Shown here one piece after another: positions 1 to 12,730 of a DNA stretch of 64,000 nucleotides (positions are counted from its first letter, which is position 1; every line of letters begins with the position of its first letter). The notes below the pieces were generated by a model. The model was not told where the DNA came from, did not search any database, and worked only from the letters and a program-made list of their open reading frames with translations. The stretch comes from Macrostomum lignano. Its lineage: Eukaryota. Where the stretch lies: positions 391,319-455,318 of the forward strand of contig NIVC01000532.1 in assembly GCA_002269645.1 (NCBI GenBank), written 5' to 3'. Made by a program: the position numbers and the translations under genes.

Positions 1-3000
1 CCCTCTACACCAGAATAATGCCCCTTATCCACCCCACTACACCAGAATAATTGCCCCTTATCATCCCTCTACACCAGAATGATTGCCCCTTATCTATCCC
101 TCTACACCAGAATGATTGCCCCTTATCTATCCCTCTACACCAGAATGATTGCCCCTTATCTATCCCTCTACACCAGAATAATTGCCCCTTATCCACCCCT
201 CTACACCAGAATAATTTCCCCTTATCCACCCCTCTAAACCAGAATAATTGCCACTTATCATCCTCTACACCAGAATGATTGCCACTTATCACCCTCTAAA
301 CCAGAATTATTGCCCCTTATCCACCCCTCTAACCAGAATAATTTCCCCTTATCCACCCCTCTAAACCAGAATAATTGCCCTTATCCACCCTCTAAACCAG
401 AATATTTCCCCTTATCCACCCCTCTAAACCAGAATAATTGCCCCTTATCCACCCCTCTAAACAAGAATAATTTCCCCTTATCCACCCCTCTAAACCAGAA
501 TAATTGCCCCTTATCCACCCCTCTACACCAGAATGATTGCCACTTATCCACCCCTCTAAACCAGAATAATTGCCCCTTATCCACCCCTCTAAACCAGAAT
601 AATTTCCCCTTATCCACCCCTCTACACCAGAATAATTGCCCCTTATCTATCCCTCTACACCAGAATGATTACCACTTATCCACCCCTCTAAACCAGAATA
701 ATTGCCCCTTATCCACTCCTCTACACCAGAATAATTGCCACTTATCTATCCCTCTAAACCAGAATAATTGCCCCTTATCTATCCTCTACACCAGAATGAT
801 TGCCACTTATCCACCCCTTTAAACCAGAATAATTGCCCCTTATCCACCCTCTACACCAGAATAATTGCCACTTATCTATCCCTCTAAACCAGAATAATTG
901 CCCCTTATCTATCCCTCTACACCAGAATGATTGCCCTTATCCACCCCTCTAAACCAGAATAATTGCCCCTTATCCACTCCTCTAAACCAGAATAATTTCC
1001 CCTTATCCACCCCTCTACACCAGAATAATTGCCCCTTATCTATCCCTCTACACCAGAATGATTACCACTTATCCACCCCTCTAAACCAGAATAATTGCCC
1101 CTTATCCACTCCTCTACACCAGAATAATTGCCCTTATCTATCCCTCTACACCAGAATGATTGCCCCTTATCTATCCCTCTACACCAGAATGATTGCCCCT
1201 TATCTATCCCTCTACACCAGAATAATTGCCCCTTATCCACCCCTCTACACCAGAATAATTTCCCCTTATCCACCCCTCTAAACCAGAATAATTGCCACTT
1301 ATCCACCCCTCTACACCAGAATAATTGCCACTTATTTACCCCTCTACACCAGAATAATTGCCCCTTATCCACCCACTACACCAGAATAATTGCCCCTTAT
1401 CTATCCCTCTACACCAGAATGATTGCCCCTTATCTATCCCTCTACACCAGAATGATTGCCCTTATCTATCCCTCTACACCAGAATGATTGCCCCTTATCT
1501 ATCCCTCTACACCAGAATAATTGCCCCTTATCCACCCCTCTACACCAGAATAATTTCCCCTTATCCACCCTCTAAACCAGAATAATTGCCACTTATCCAT
1601 CCCTCTACACCAGAATGATTGCCACTTATCCACCCTCTAAACCAGAATTATTGCCCCTTATCCACCCCTCTAAACCAGAATAATTTCCCCTTATCCACCC
1701 CTCTAAACCAGAATAATTGCCCCTTATCCACCCCTCTAAACCAGAATAATTTCCCCTTATCCACCCTCTAAACCAGAATAATTGCCCCTTATCCACCCCT
1801 CTAAACCAGAATAATTTCCCCTTATCCACCCCTCTAAACCAGAATAATTGCCCCTTATCCACCCCTCTACACCAGAATGATTGCCACTTATCCACCCCTC
1901 TAAACCAGAATAATTGCCCCTTATCCACCCTCTACACCAGAATAATTTCCCCTTATCCACCCTCTACACCAGAAATAATTGCCCCTTATCTATCCCTCTA
2001 CACCAGAATGATTACCACTTATCCACCCCTCTAAACCAGAATAATTGCCCCTTATCCACTCCTCTACACCAGAATAATTGCCACTTATCTATCCCTCTAA
2101 ACCAGAATAATTGCCCCTTATCTATCCCTCTACACCAGAATGATTGCCACTTATCCACCCCTTTAAACCAGAATAATTGCCCCTTATCCACCCTCTACAC
2201 CAGAATAATTGCCACTTATCTACCCTCTAAACCAGAATAATTGCCCCTTATCTATCCCTCTACACCAGAATGATTGCCCTTATCCACCCCTCTAAACCAG
2301 AATAATTGCCCCTTATCCACTCCTCTAAACCAGAATAATTTCCCCTTATCACCCTCTACACCAGAATAATTGCCCCTTATCTATCCCTCTACACCAGAAT
2401 GATTACCCTTATCACCCCTCTAAACCAGAATAATTGCCCCTTATCCACTCCTCTACACCAGAATAATTGCCCCTTATTATCCCTCTACACCAGAATGATT
2501 GCCCTTATATCCCTCTACACCAGAATGATTGCCCTTATCTATCCCTCTACACCAGAATAATTGCCCCTTATCCACCCCTCTAACCAGAATAATTTCCCCT
2601 TATCCACCCCTCTAAACCAGAATAATTGCCACTTATCCATCCCTCTACACCAGAAATTTGCCACTTATCCACCCCTCTAAACCAGAATTATTGCCCTTAT
2701 CCACCCCTCTAAACCAGAATAATTTCCCCTTATCCACCACTCTAAACCAGAATAATTGCCCCTTATCCACCCCTCTAAACCAGAATAATTTCCCCTTATC
2801 CACCCCTCTAAACCAGAATAATTGCCCCTTATCCACCCCTCTAAACCAGAATAATTTCCCCTTATCCACCCCTCTAAACCAGAATAATTGCCCCTTATCC
2901 ACCCTCTACACCAGAATGATTGCCACTTATCCACCCCTCTAAACCAGAATAATTGCCCCTTATCCACCCCTCTAAACCAGAATAATTTCCCCTTATCCAC

Positions 3001-4700
3001 CCCTCTACACCAGAATAATTGCCCCTTATCTATCCCTCTACACCAGAATGATTACCACTTATCCACCCCTCTAAACCAGAATAATTGCCCCTTATCCACT
3101 CCTCTACACCAGAATAATTGCCACTTATCTATCCCTCTAAACCAGAATAATTGCCCCTTATCTATCCCTCTACACCAGAATGATTGCCACTTATCCACCC
3201 CTTTAAACCAGAATAATTGCCTCTTATCCACCCCTCTACACCAGAATAATTGCCACTTATCTATCCCTCTAAACCAGAATAATTGCCCCTTATCTATCCC
3301 TCTACACCAGAATGATTGCCCCTTATCCACCCCTCTAAACCAGAATAATTGCCCCTTATCCACTCCTCTAAACCAGAATAATTTCCCCTTATCCACCCCT
3401 CTACACCAGAATAATTGCCCCTTATCTATCCCTCTACACCAGAATGATTACCACTTATCCACCCCTCTAAACCAGAATAATTGCCCCTTATCCACTCCTC
3501 TACACCAGAATAATTGCCCCTTATCTATCCCTCTACACCAGAATGATTGCCCCTTATCTATCCCTCTACACCAGAATAATTGCCCCTTATCTATCCCTCT
3601 ACACCAGAATAATTGCCCCTTATCCACCCTCTACACCAGAATAATTTCCCCTTATCCACCCCTCTAAACCAGAATAATTGCCACTTATCCATCCCTCTAC
3701 ACCAGAATGATTGCCACTTATCCACCCCTCTAAACCAGAATTATTGCCCCTTATCCACCCCTCTAAACCAGAATAATTTCCCCTTATCCACCCCTCTAAA
3801 CCAGAATAATTGCCCCTTATCCACCCCTCTAAACCAGAATAATTTCCCCTTATCCACCCCTCTAAACCAGAATAATTGCCCCTTATCCACCCCTCTAAAC
3901 CAGAATAATTTCCCCTTATCCACCCCTCTAAACCAGAATAATTGCCCCTTATCCACCCCTCTACACCAGAATGATTGCCACTTATCACCCCTCTAAACCA
4001 GAATAATTGCCCCTTATCCACCCTCTAAACCAGAATAATTTCCCCTTATCCACCCCTCTACACCAGAATAATTGCCCCTTATCTATCCCTCTTCACCAGA
4101 ATGATTACCACTTATCCACCCCTCTAAACCAGAATAATTGCCCCTTATCCACTCCTCTACACCAGAATAATTGCCACTTATCTATCCCTCTAAACCAGAA
4201 TAATTGCCCCTTATCTATCCCTCTACACCAGAATGATTGCCACTTATCCACCCCTTTAAACCAGAATAATTGCCCCTTATCCACCCCTCTACACCAGAAT
4301 AATTGCCACTTATCTATCCCTCTAAACCAGAATAATTGCCCCTTATCTATCCCTCTACACCAGAATGATTGCCCCTTATCCACCCCTCTAAACCAGAATA
4401 ATTGCCCCTTATCCACTCCTCTAAACCAGAATAATTTCCCCTTATCCACCCCTCTACACCAGAATAATTGCCCCTTATCTATCCCTCTACACCAGAATGA
4501 TTACCACTTATCCACCCCTCTAAACCAGAATAATTTCCCCTTATCCACTCCTCTACACCAGAATAATTGCCACTTATCTATCCCTCTAAACCCTTATCTA
4601 TCCCTCTACACCAGAATGATTGCCACTTATCCACCCCTCTAAACCAGAATAATTGCCCCTTATCCACTCCTCTAAACCAGAATAATTGCCACTTATCTAC
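1..4700. repeat. 33-bp minisatellite array (CCCCTTATCCACCCCTCTAAACCAGAATAATTG and variants), running off the left edge
   Basis: Continuous tandem copies. ORFs show the 11-aa period PLSTPLNQNNC. Confidence 0.97.
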
Positions 4701-5469
4701 CCTGTACAGCAGAATAAGTGCTGGTTAACAATACATAAAGGTCAGGTGTAGGAGGCAGTACTTTCTATAGTTTTTTGACTATATTTCTTGATATATATTA
4801 TAAAATTTAATGATTTCTTGCAATTTTATTTAATATTAACTGTTATATAAGCATTGATTACGGTAGAATGCAATAATATAATTGAACATAGTAAACTAGG
4901 ACACATAATTAATCAATAATACTCGTACATATACAATTAAAATCGGAATTGACTTCAATTGACTTTATCTGTACATCATACATCTCCATTTTTTTCCCAA
5001 TTTTATTTGAAAATACGCCGCCTCTTCTTTTCTGCGAATAAACAAAAATTGTAACACGAAAACCCGGAGAAAATTGTTGCACATCGTAGAAAAATTTGAT
5101 TGCAATTTGACTGGAGAAAAAAGTCTTGTTTAACTGAAAAAAAATTATTACAAATAAAAGCATGCAATTTTTTAAACCTGGCTCGTATATTGCAGATTAC
5201 TTAAGTAAAATTGGAAGTGCTAAAATCACAGTTTTAACTGCACAAACATATGAAACTTCCCAGATCCTTTTGACTGGGAAAATCTCTTCTCAGTTGCAAA
5301 TCAATTTAAACTTAAACTTAAAAAGTAAAAGTTAATAAATACTTTCTCCTGTTATCCCATTCTGTCAATTCTGACAAAATACATGTTCAGGATGTTTTTA
5401 TCAAGCTTGGGGTTTTAGGAAGTTCGGAGTTGAAAGAAAGAGATTGACATTTTTTGGTTTATGATGTTT

Positions 5470-6087
5470 CTAGTTCATGGAGTTTATAGTTTATGGAGTT
5501 TCTGGTTTATGGAGTATCTGGTTTAGAGAGTTTCTGGTTTAAGGAGTTAGGAGTATCTGGTTCATGGAGTTTCTGGTTTATGGAGTTTCTGGTTTATGGA
5601 GTTTCTGGTTTATGGAGTTTCTGGTTTATAGAGTTTATAGTTTATGGAGTTCTGGTTTATGGAGTTTCTGGTTTATGGAGTTTCTGGTTTATGGAGTTCC
5701 TAGTTTATGGAGTTCTGGTTTATGGAGTTTATAGTTTATGGAGTTTCTGGTTTATGGAGTTTATAGTTTATGGAGTTTCTGGTTTATGGAGTTTATAGTT
5801 TATGGAGTTTCTGGTTTATGGAGTTCCTAGTTTATGGAGTTCTGGTTTATGGAGTTTATAGTTTATGGAGTTTCTGGTTTATGGAGTTTCTGGTTTAGGG
5901 AGTTTATAGTTTATGGAGTTTCTAGTTTATGGAGCTTCTGGTTTATGGAGTTTCTGGTTTATGGAGTTTCTGGTTTATGGAGTTTCTGGTTCATGGAGTT
6001 CTGGTTTATGGAGTTTCTGGTTCATGGAGTTTCTGGTTTATGGAGTTTCTGGTTCATGGAGTTCTGGTTTATGGAGTTTCTGGTTCA
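5470..6087. repeat. ~15-16-bp minisatellite (TTTATGGAGTTTCTGG)
   Basis: Visible tandem copies ending about 85 bp from the TLNRD1-like stop codon. Confidence 0.93.
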
Positions 6088-6169
6088 TTGAGTCCAGTTA
6101 ATGGAGATGAGATTTTTTGAGGCTGCTAGGTTTATGGGATTTCGAGTTAAGCGAGCCACCCCAGCTCGG

Positions 6170-6585
6170 TCACAGCCTGTCCAGTCGGCCATCACCGGCC
6201 ACAGGCGAGGCCGCAGCACCCGGCTGGCCTGGCAGCAGCTTGGCCAGGCAGTCCGTGCAGGCGGCATTCAAAGACTCGGCCAGCTGGTTCAGCCGCTGCC
6301 GCTGCTGCTGAGCTGGCGACGCCTGTTGCTCGGTAGCTCCGGCCATCGCGGTGAGCAGTTCGGCGGTGCACAGCGCCACAGGCAGCGCATGGCCCAGAGC
6401 CCTGGCCCGTCCGTTCTTCGCCTCGTCCGTTAGGCGAAACGGCCGACCGGAGAACCGGGACTCGCCGGACACGGCCAGCACCGTGGCCACGGCCGGCCGG
6501 AGATTCTCAACCGCCAGATGGACTCGAGACCGGAGCTCCTCCAGCGCCGCCGCCGGGTCCTCCTTGGGGTGTCCGCCTGCGCCCA
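6170..6585 (-). CDS. TLNRD1: TLNRD1/MESDC1-like talin rod domain protein, exon 3 (last)
   Basis: Acceptor ...gtcttcag at 6586, phase 1. The peptide ELRSRVHLAVENLRPAVATVLAVSGESRFSGR...RQRLNQLAESLNAACTDCL resembles, from memory, human TLNRD1 [33 protein letters not shown]...RERLRNSACAVSEGCTLL. Confidence 0.75.
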
Positions 6586-6615
6586 CTGAAGACGGACGAG
6601 GAGGGCAGATGAGAG

Positions 6616-7062
6616 TATGACAGACGGACACATTAGAAAGACACCAGGACAAGTTGGCAGACAGATATCAGACAGGCGGACATCAGACAGGCAGACATCA
6701 GACAGGCAGACACCAGACAGGCAGACATCAGACAGGCAGACAGGCAGACATCAGACAGGCAAACATCAGACATCAGACAGGCAGACAGGCAGACATCAGA
6801 CAGGCAAACATCAGACATCAGACAGGCAGACATCAGACATCAGACAGGCAAACATCAGAGAGGCGGACATCAGACATCAGACATCAGACAGGCTGACATC
6901 AGAGAGGCGGACATCAGACATCAGACATCAGACAGGCTGACATCAGACAGGCGGACATAAGACATCAGACAGGCTGACATCAGACAGGCTGACATCAGAC
7001 AGGCGGACATCAGACATCAGACAGGCTGACATCAGAGAGGCGGACATCAGACATCAGACAGG
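6616..7062. repeat. CAGACAT/CAGACAGG-based minisatellite filling TLNRD1-like intron 2
   Basis: Tandem 7-15-bp motifs between acceptor 6586 and donor 7069. Confidence 0.9.
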
Positions 7063-7069
7063 CACTCAC

Positions 7070-7466
7070 AGCTGGCCAGCGCAGCCCGCACGCAGCGGAC
7101 AGCGTGCAGCAGCTGGGCCACAGCGGCGGACGCGCACCGCACGGCCAGCTGCAGCGCTTCCATGTCCGCCGGATCGCCGCCCAGCCTCGCCGGCCGACCA
7201 GCCTTAGACAGTTCGGCCAGGCTCTGTCCGAGTTGTTCAGCCAGTCGTTCCAGTTGTCGATCGTCTGGCCCAGAACCGGATGACAGAGCTAAGGACAGCT
7301 CCAGACCCAGCGCCGAGGCCAGAAGGCCGTCGCAGGCGCGGGCCACTGCCAGACGGTTGAGCTGCTGCTGCTGCTGGTGGTCCTCACTTAAAGACTGCGG
7401 CTGCTGCTGGCTGATCAGGGAGTACACAGATCGATAGACCGACTCGATAAAACCCACGCAGGACAT
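7070..7466 (-). CDS. TLNRD1: TLNRD1/MESDC1-like, exon 2
   Basis: Acceptor ccaccgaag at 7467 and donor GTGAGT at 7069. MEALQLAVRCASAAVAQLLHAVRCVRAA resembles TLNRD1 [28 protein letters not shown]. Confidence 0.75.
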
Positions 7467-7529
7467 CTTCGGTGGAATGGGATCAGGAGGATGAGAATTA
7501 GAGGTTTTTTCTGAGTCCAGTTCACCTGA

Positions 7530-7822
7530 CCCATATCTTCTAATGTCTGATCCAGTTCCCCTAATGTCCGATTCAATTCCTCTAATGTCCAATCCTAAAA
7601 CCTAATGTCCGATCCAGTTCCCCTAATATCTAATTCAGGTCCCCTAATGTCCGATCCAGTTCCCCTAATATCTAATTCAGTTCCCCTAATGTCCGATTCA
7701 ATTTCCCTAATGCCCAATCCAGTTCCCCTAATGTCCGATTCAATTCTTCTAATGTCCAATTCAATTCCCTCTAATGTCCGACCCAGTTCCCCTAATGTCC
7801 AGTTCAATTCCCCTATTGTCCA
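7530..7822. repeat. ~21-bp minisatellite (GTCCGATCCAGTTCCCCTAAT) in TLNRD1-like intron 1
   Basis: Tandem copies, most containing CCCTAA. Confidence 0.9.
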
Positions 7823-7841
7823 GCTTCCCCAGCATGCCAAC

Positions 7842-8243
7842 CTGAAGTCGGCGGGCAAAGTCGGCCGCAGCCTCGTCCTCCTCATCGTTGGGCGCCGCGG
7901 CCAGCATGGTTCGGCCGCCGCGTCGGGCCTCCTCAACCAGCAGGCGCAGGTTGGCGAGTTCCCGCCTGGCCCGGTGATCGCTCGGCTCGACGCGCGATGG
8001 CGACACGGCCTGCCCAGTGTCCGACATCGGCATCGGCAACGTCGGTGGCGGCGGCGGCCACATCTTGGAGCAGAGCAGCAGCCGCTCAGCTGCCTGCTGG
8101 ACTCGCTGAGCACCAACAAGGCATTCAATGCGAGACGACTGACGGCGAGGCGGCCTGAAGGCCTGGCCATTGACTGCCCCACTGGGCTGACTGGCGCCAG
8201 AGTGGTGCATGGATAGCTTATTATGGCAAAGCCTGGAATCCAT
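7842..8243 (-). CDS. TLNRD1: TLNRD1/MESDC1-like, exon 1
   Basis: ATG at 8243 (alternative ATG at 8210) and donor CAG|GTTGGC at 7841. CLVGAQRVQQAAERLLLCSKMWP resembles TLNRD1 [23 protein letters not shown]. The three exons total 1215 nt (404 aa plus stop). Confidence 0.7.
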
Positions 8244-8436
8244 GTGTAAATATTGAAATAAAAGAAAGCATAATTTATTACTTTATGAAGCATATTTATT
8301 ATATTATTCAAAATAAAGAAGATGTACTTAGCCACACTAAGAATGATTTGTCTCTATTTATATTAGTATGAGGCGGAAGGCCTTTTTGTTTCAATAGATG
8401 GAATGGCAGCGAAGAGTTTGTGCTGCTTTGCGCGTG

Positions 8437-8444
8437 TATTTATA
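8437..8444 (-). promoter_or_regulatory. TATA box (TATAAATA) in the 3' LTR, pointing toward the TLNRD1-like start
   Basis: The reverse complement of tatttata at 8437-8444 is TATAAATA. The same motif is present in the other LTR. Confidence 0.5.
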
Positions 8445-8699
8445 TGAGATTTACAAACAACGCCAGATTGAGGGGCCAAGGGAGGTGCGAAAAGGTGGCA
8501 TGGCGTGATTGGCTACGCCAACCCCCCCGGCTTAGCGAGCCGGCTAGCTTGGCGCGTACCCACCCCACCTCAGCTAGACAGAGGCGGGGGGTTTCCAGTG
8601 CGGCTGCACTGGTGCTGCCGGTCGCGTAGTCTGGCCGCCACACAGCTCCCCCCAGCACCGAGCTAGGCCCCGAACGTCGGGTGGTAGCCGAGGCAGCGA

Positions 8700-9290
8700 G
8701 AGCGCAGAGGAGCGGGCGCCGAAGGCGGCGGGGGCGCGAGGCGGGCGCCGAAGGCAGCAGAGCGCCGATGGCAGCAGGTCGCCGAGCGGGCGCCGATGGC
8801 AGCAGGTCGCCGAGCGGGCGCCGATGGCAGCAGGTCGCCGAGCGGTCGCCGGGCGGGCGCCGAAAGCAGCAGGGCGCCAGGCGGGCGCCGGGCGGGCGCC
8901 GAAGGCAGCAGGGCGCCAGGCGGGCGCCGAAGGCAGCAGGGCGCCAGGCGGGCGCCGAAGGCAGCAGCAGGGCGCCAGGCGGGCGCCGAAGGCGGCAGGG
9001 GCGCGAGGCGGGCGCCGAAGGCAGCAGGGCGCCAGGCGGGCGCCGAAGGCAGCAGGGCGCCAGGCGGGCGCCGAAGGCAGCAGAACGCCAGGCGGGCGCC
9101 GAAGACAGCAGGGCGCCAGGCGGGCGCCGATAGCAGCAGGGCGCCAGGCGGGCGCCGATGGCAGCAGAACGCCAGGCGGGCGCCGAAGACAGCAGGGCGC
9201 CAGGCGGGCGCCGATAGCAGCAGGGCGCCAGGCGGGCGCCGATGGCAGCAGGGCGCCAGGTGGGCGCCGAAGGCAGCAGGGGCGCGCGGC
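8700..9290. repeat. ~28-bp GC-rich tandem repeat (GGGCGCCAGGCGGGCGCCGAAGGCAGCA) inside the LTR element
   Basis: Visible tandem copies, each with two GGCGCC palindromes. Confidence 0.9.
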
Positions 9291-12221
9291 CGTACCACAC
9301 CAGAGGCAATCGACAGTCAGTTGCCGCCGTGAGCCGGATCGATGCTCCTGCACAGAGGCTGGGGACGTTAGGCTAGCAGCAGCGGTGCTAACCTAGAAGT
9401 AGCTGCAGCGTGTGGCGCTGGTTGGTCCAACGCGGGGGCCGAAAGGCGAGACCCCAGGAGCTACCGGGGGGCGGGCTGACTGGGCCGATTCGTGCTGCTG
9501 GGCTGCGGTGCTGCTGGGCTGCGGTGCTGCTGTGCTGCGGTGCTGCGGTGCTGCGGTGCTGCTGTGCTGCGGTGCTGCCGTTGCAGTCGGCCAAGGCGGT
9601 TGGCTGCCAGGACCGCACAGGGCCGACCAGGTAGGCCCAGCGTTCCGCGCTGGGTGTCGGGCTCACCAATGAGGCGGAAGGCCTTTTTGTTTCAATAGAT
9701 GGAATGGCAGCGAAGAGTTTGTGCTGCTTTGCGCGTGTATTTATATGAGATTTACAAACAACGCCAGATTGAGGGGCCAAGGGAGGTGCGAAAAGGTGGC
9801 ATGGCGTGATTGGCTACGCCAACCCCCCCGGCTTAGCGAGCCGGCTAGCTTGGCGCGTACCCACCCCACCTCAGCTAGACAGAGGCGGGGGGGTTTCCAG
9901 TGCGGCTGCACTGGTGCTGCCGGTCGCGTAGTCTGGCCGCCACAAGTATCTATTTATCTATTTGATTATAAGTCTTAAAAATATGGCTTTCATTAGCAAT
10001 TAGCAATTATGGGATTTGATAGCTCCTATTTAAGTTCACTTATTACTTCCATATACTAATATGGTCTATGATTCTTTATGATAGCATTTTGTTATCAAAT
10101 ATGATATTTTGTCTTTCTAACCTAATTATTTATTTTATATGTACAGTATTATTCTAAGCTAAATTATCCTGATTGGTAAGCCACTTAGTGCTCAACTTTA
10201 TTACTATTATCCACAATATGTTCAAAATTTTATAAAAATCTATGCTTCTATGCTAATATGTTATTTTTCAGTGGTCATTAAATTACCTAAGTCTCTTCTC
10301 TTATAATAAACCCTGAGCATGATATCATTGAAGATATTTAATTAGCATATCAATTTATTATTCTTCCAAAAACCTATACAAAAAAATAAATTTTCCATCT
10401 CTCTAAAGTACTTTTGTCCTTTGGCTTTGCGGCTAGCTGTATATTTGCATATGCCCATTCTCTAGTTTTCTATTAAATCTTTTATTTCTCTTTTATTAAC
10501 TGATGATGTTTGTTTGGCTCCTTTGTGAAATAGACAAAGATGCTCTTGCTCAATAGCTTTAGCTCAGTAATATTGTTGGATTAAAGTTCAATGGAGTATA
10601 GTATAGTATTTCTGTATGCTAGTCAATTTTCGTGCAAACCCTGATTAAATTTATCTTATATGATGCTTTTGAAAACTAGAAACGAAGCTTTAGGGCGATA
10701 AAACAAAATTTGATTAACATACTTAATTGCTGAAAAGAGTAAATAAATTTTTTCGAAGTAAACTATTTTTTTATGCGCAATGTACACTTTTTAACTGCTT
10801 TTTTTACTTTTTGTGTCTTGTTTGTATGGACAAGGTATTTAACTTTTTTCCGCTTTTTGTGTTAAATAGTTTTAATCAGAAGCCATCCATTCCAATTACA
10901 AAACTTTTGCCAAGGACCACTGTATATCCAGTTTTTAAAGACCAATTTTTTTAAGGACAGATTTTCCTTAATATACAGTGGTCTTTGACTTTTGCGTCAG
11001 TTTCTATCAATACTTCTGAGAGCATGTCATCTACTACTAATGCTGTATTTTAACCACACGTTTTATATTTATTACTACTATTAGTACTATACACCGTCCA
11101 GAATATATTCTATTAAAATCCAACCAAAAGTGAGGAAATTAATCTCAATAAACAAAAGTTGATAATTTAATGGTAGCCAAGCGACAATTTTTTATAAAGC
11201 GATCTCGCTCCTCGATCAAAGATCGACATTGGAGATTGGCATATACATGTATCACTGTATACGTGTAATTATGATAAGTCAGCGACTGTCATGAAACAAA
11301 TATTTTTTCTGCAGCAGATGGCCGCTTTGACTCCAGACTTTGGGCGGGCCGCGCGGCTCCGGCCCCAATCTTTCATGCAATTTGACCAGCGTGTCGTATC
11401 GCGTGTATTCATAAGCAGCCCGGCTTTTTAATCCTATTAAATCCCCTATTCGGCTGCTATACCGGAGGTGAGCCAAGATGAAGTTGGCCAGATGTTTTTT
11501 GTCTCCGAGACGGATCGGCGGAAGAGCGGGCCGTGGGAGGAGCTCTCGGAGAGCTGGGCAGATCCGCCGCCCATTTTTAATCCCCCACCGCCCTACCGAA
11601 CCGGACTCTGGAGAATCGCCAGGCAAAATATCGATCACGGTCCTGCGCATAACGGCGGCTAATGCAGATGGATGATACGGATGGCATTTGGTTATAATTT
11701 CACTCCGAAGATTGGCGCACCTTTCTCTTTCTCTCTCTCTCTTTCATTTTAATGCCCCGCATGCGATCTGCACTCAAAAAAAGGAGCCGGGCCATCGGCT
11801 CTTACCTGACTGCTTAGATTGCTATCGAATAGCGAGGCTCATCGAGTTTCCGGACAATTCAAACCTGAGTTCGAATGGGGGGCACTGGGCAGGATGTGAA
11901 GTGGCTGGGAGAGGTAGGGAGATAGGGTTGTAACCGGACGTCAATATGGAGCTCGAAAACAACAGATGGGGTGGCACACAGTCGTGATCCCTGTTATGCC
12001 TTCCAGCTGAGCTTCATACCGGCATGAGTGATTAATGATCATGCAGGTTAACAGGGTTGTTGGAAATGCTGATTCTTTTCGCTTGATTTTCCAGAGACAA
12101 AGACTGCAAAGTTGGCCGCTGAGTATTAGCTTACAATGATTTAGTCTTGTCTGCTTTGGCTCGTTTCAGTTTCTTTGCTGGAGCACGCGCCCCCTTTATC
12201 TATGCTTCTTAACTCCTCGAT

Positions 12222-12730
12222 TCTTAATCCCTTGCTTCTTAATCCGCGTCACTTTCTAATCCATCGCTTCCTAATCCATCGCTTTCTAATCCATCGCTTC
12301 CTAATCCATCGCTTCCTAATCCATCGCTTCCTAATCCATCGCTTCCTAATCCATCGCTTCCTAATCCATCGCTTCCTAATCCATCGCTTCCTAATCCATC
12401 GCTTCCTAATCCATCGCTTCCTAATCCGTCGCTTCCTAATCCATCGCTTCCTAATCCATCGCTTCCTAATCCATCGCTTCTTACTCCATCGCTTCCTAAT
12501 CCGTCGCTTCCTAATCCATCGCTTCCTAATCCATCGCTTCCTAATCCATCGCTTCCTAACCCATCTCTTCTTACTCCACCGCTTCCTAATCCATCGCTTC
12601 TTACTCCATCGCTTCCTAATCCATCGCTTCCTAATCCATCGCTTCCTAATCTATCGCTTCCTAATCCATCGCTTCCTAATCTATCGCTTCCTAATCCATC
12701 GCTTCCTAATCCATCGCTTCCTAATCCTTC
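12222..12730. repeat. 15-bp minisatellite (CTAATCCATCGCTTC)
   Basis: About 33 near-perfect tandem copies. Confidence 0.96.

Larger units (their letters stand above)
8369..9944 (-). mobile_element. Non-autonomous LTR retroelement (TRIM-like) with a GC-rich tandem-repeat interior
   Basis: Direct repeats 8369-8642 and 9670-9944 have TG...CA ends and differ by one G in a G-run. 4-bp TSD AGTA (8365-8368, 9945-9948). On the minus strand there is a PBS TGGTGAGCCCGAC (9668-9656) and a PPT GGGGGGAG next to the left LTR. No gag/pol motifs seen. Confidence 0.92.

Noticed and set aside
1-4642. Many ORFs (PLSTPLNQNNC / FWFRGVDKGQL repeats)
   Set aside because: By-products of a 33-bp unit lacking stops. 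Frequent frameshifts and no gene structure.
8440-9396. Long GC-rich ORFs on both strands, including a CLWCG motif
   Set aside because: They arise from the internal tandem repeat. There is no complete CCHC knuckle or other gag/pol motif.
10914-10985. Inverted repeat GACCACTGTATAT / ATATACAGTGGTC resembling Tc1 ends
   Set aside because: The orientation is tail-to-head around a 40-bp spacer and no matching outer termini were found.
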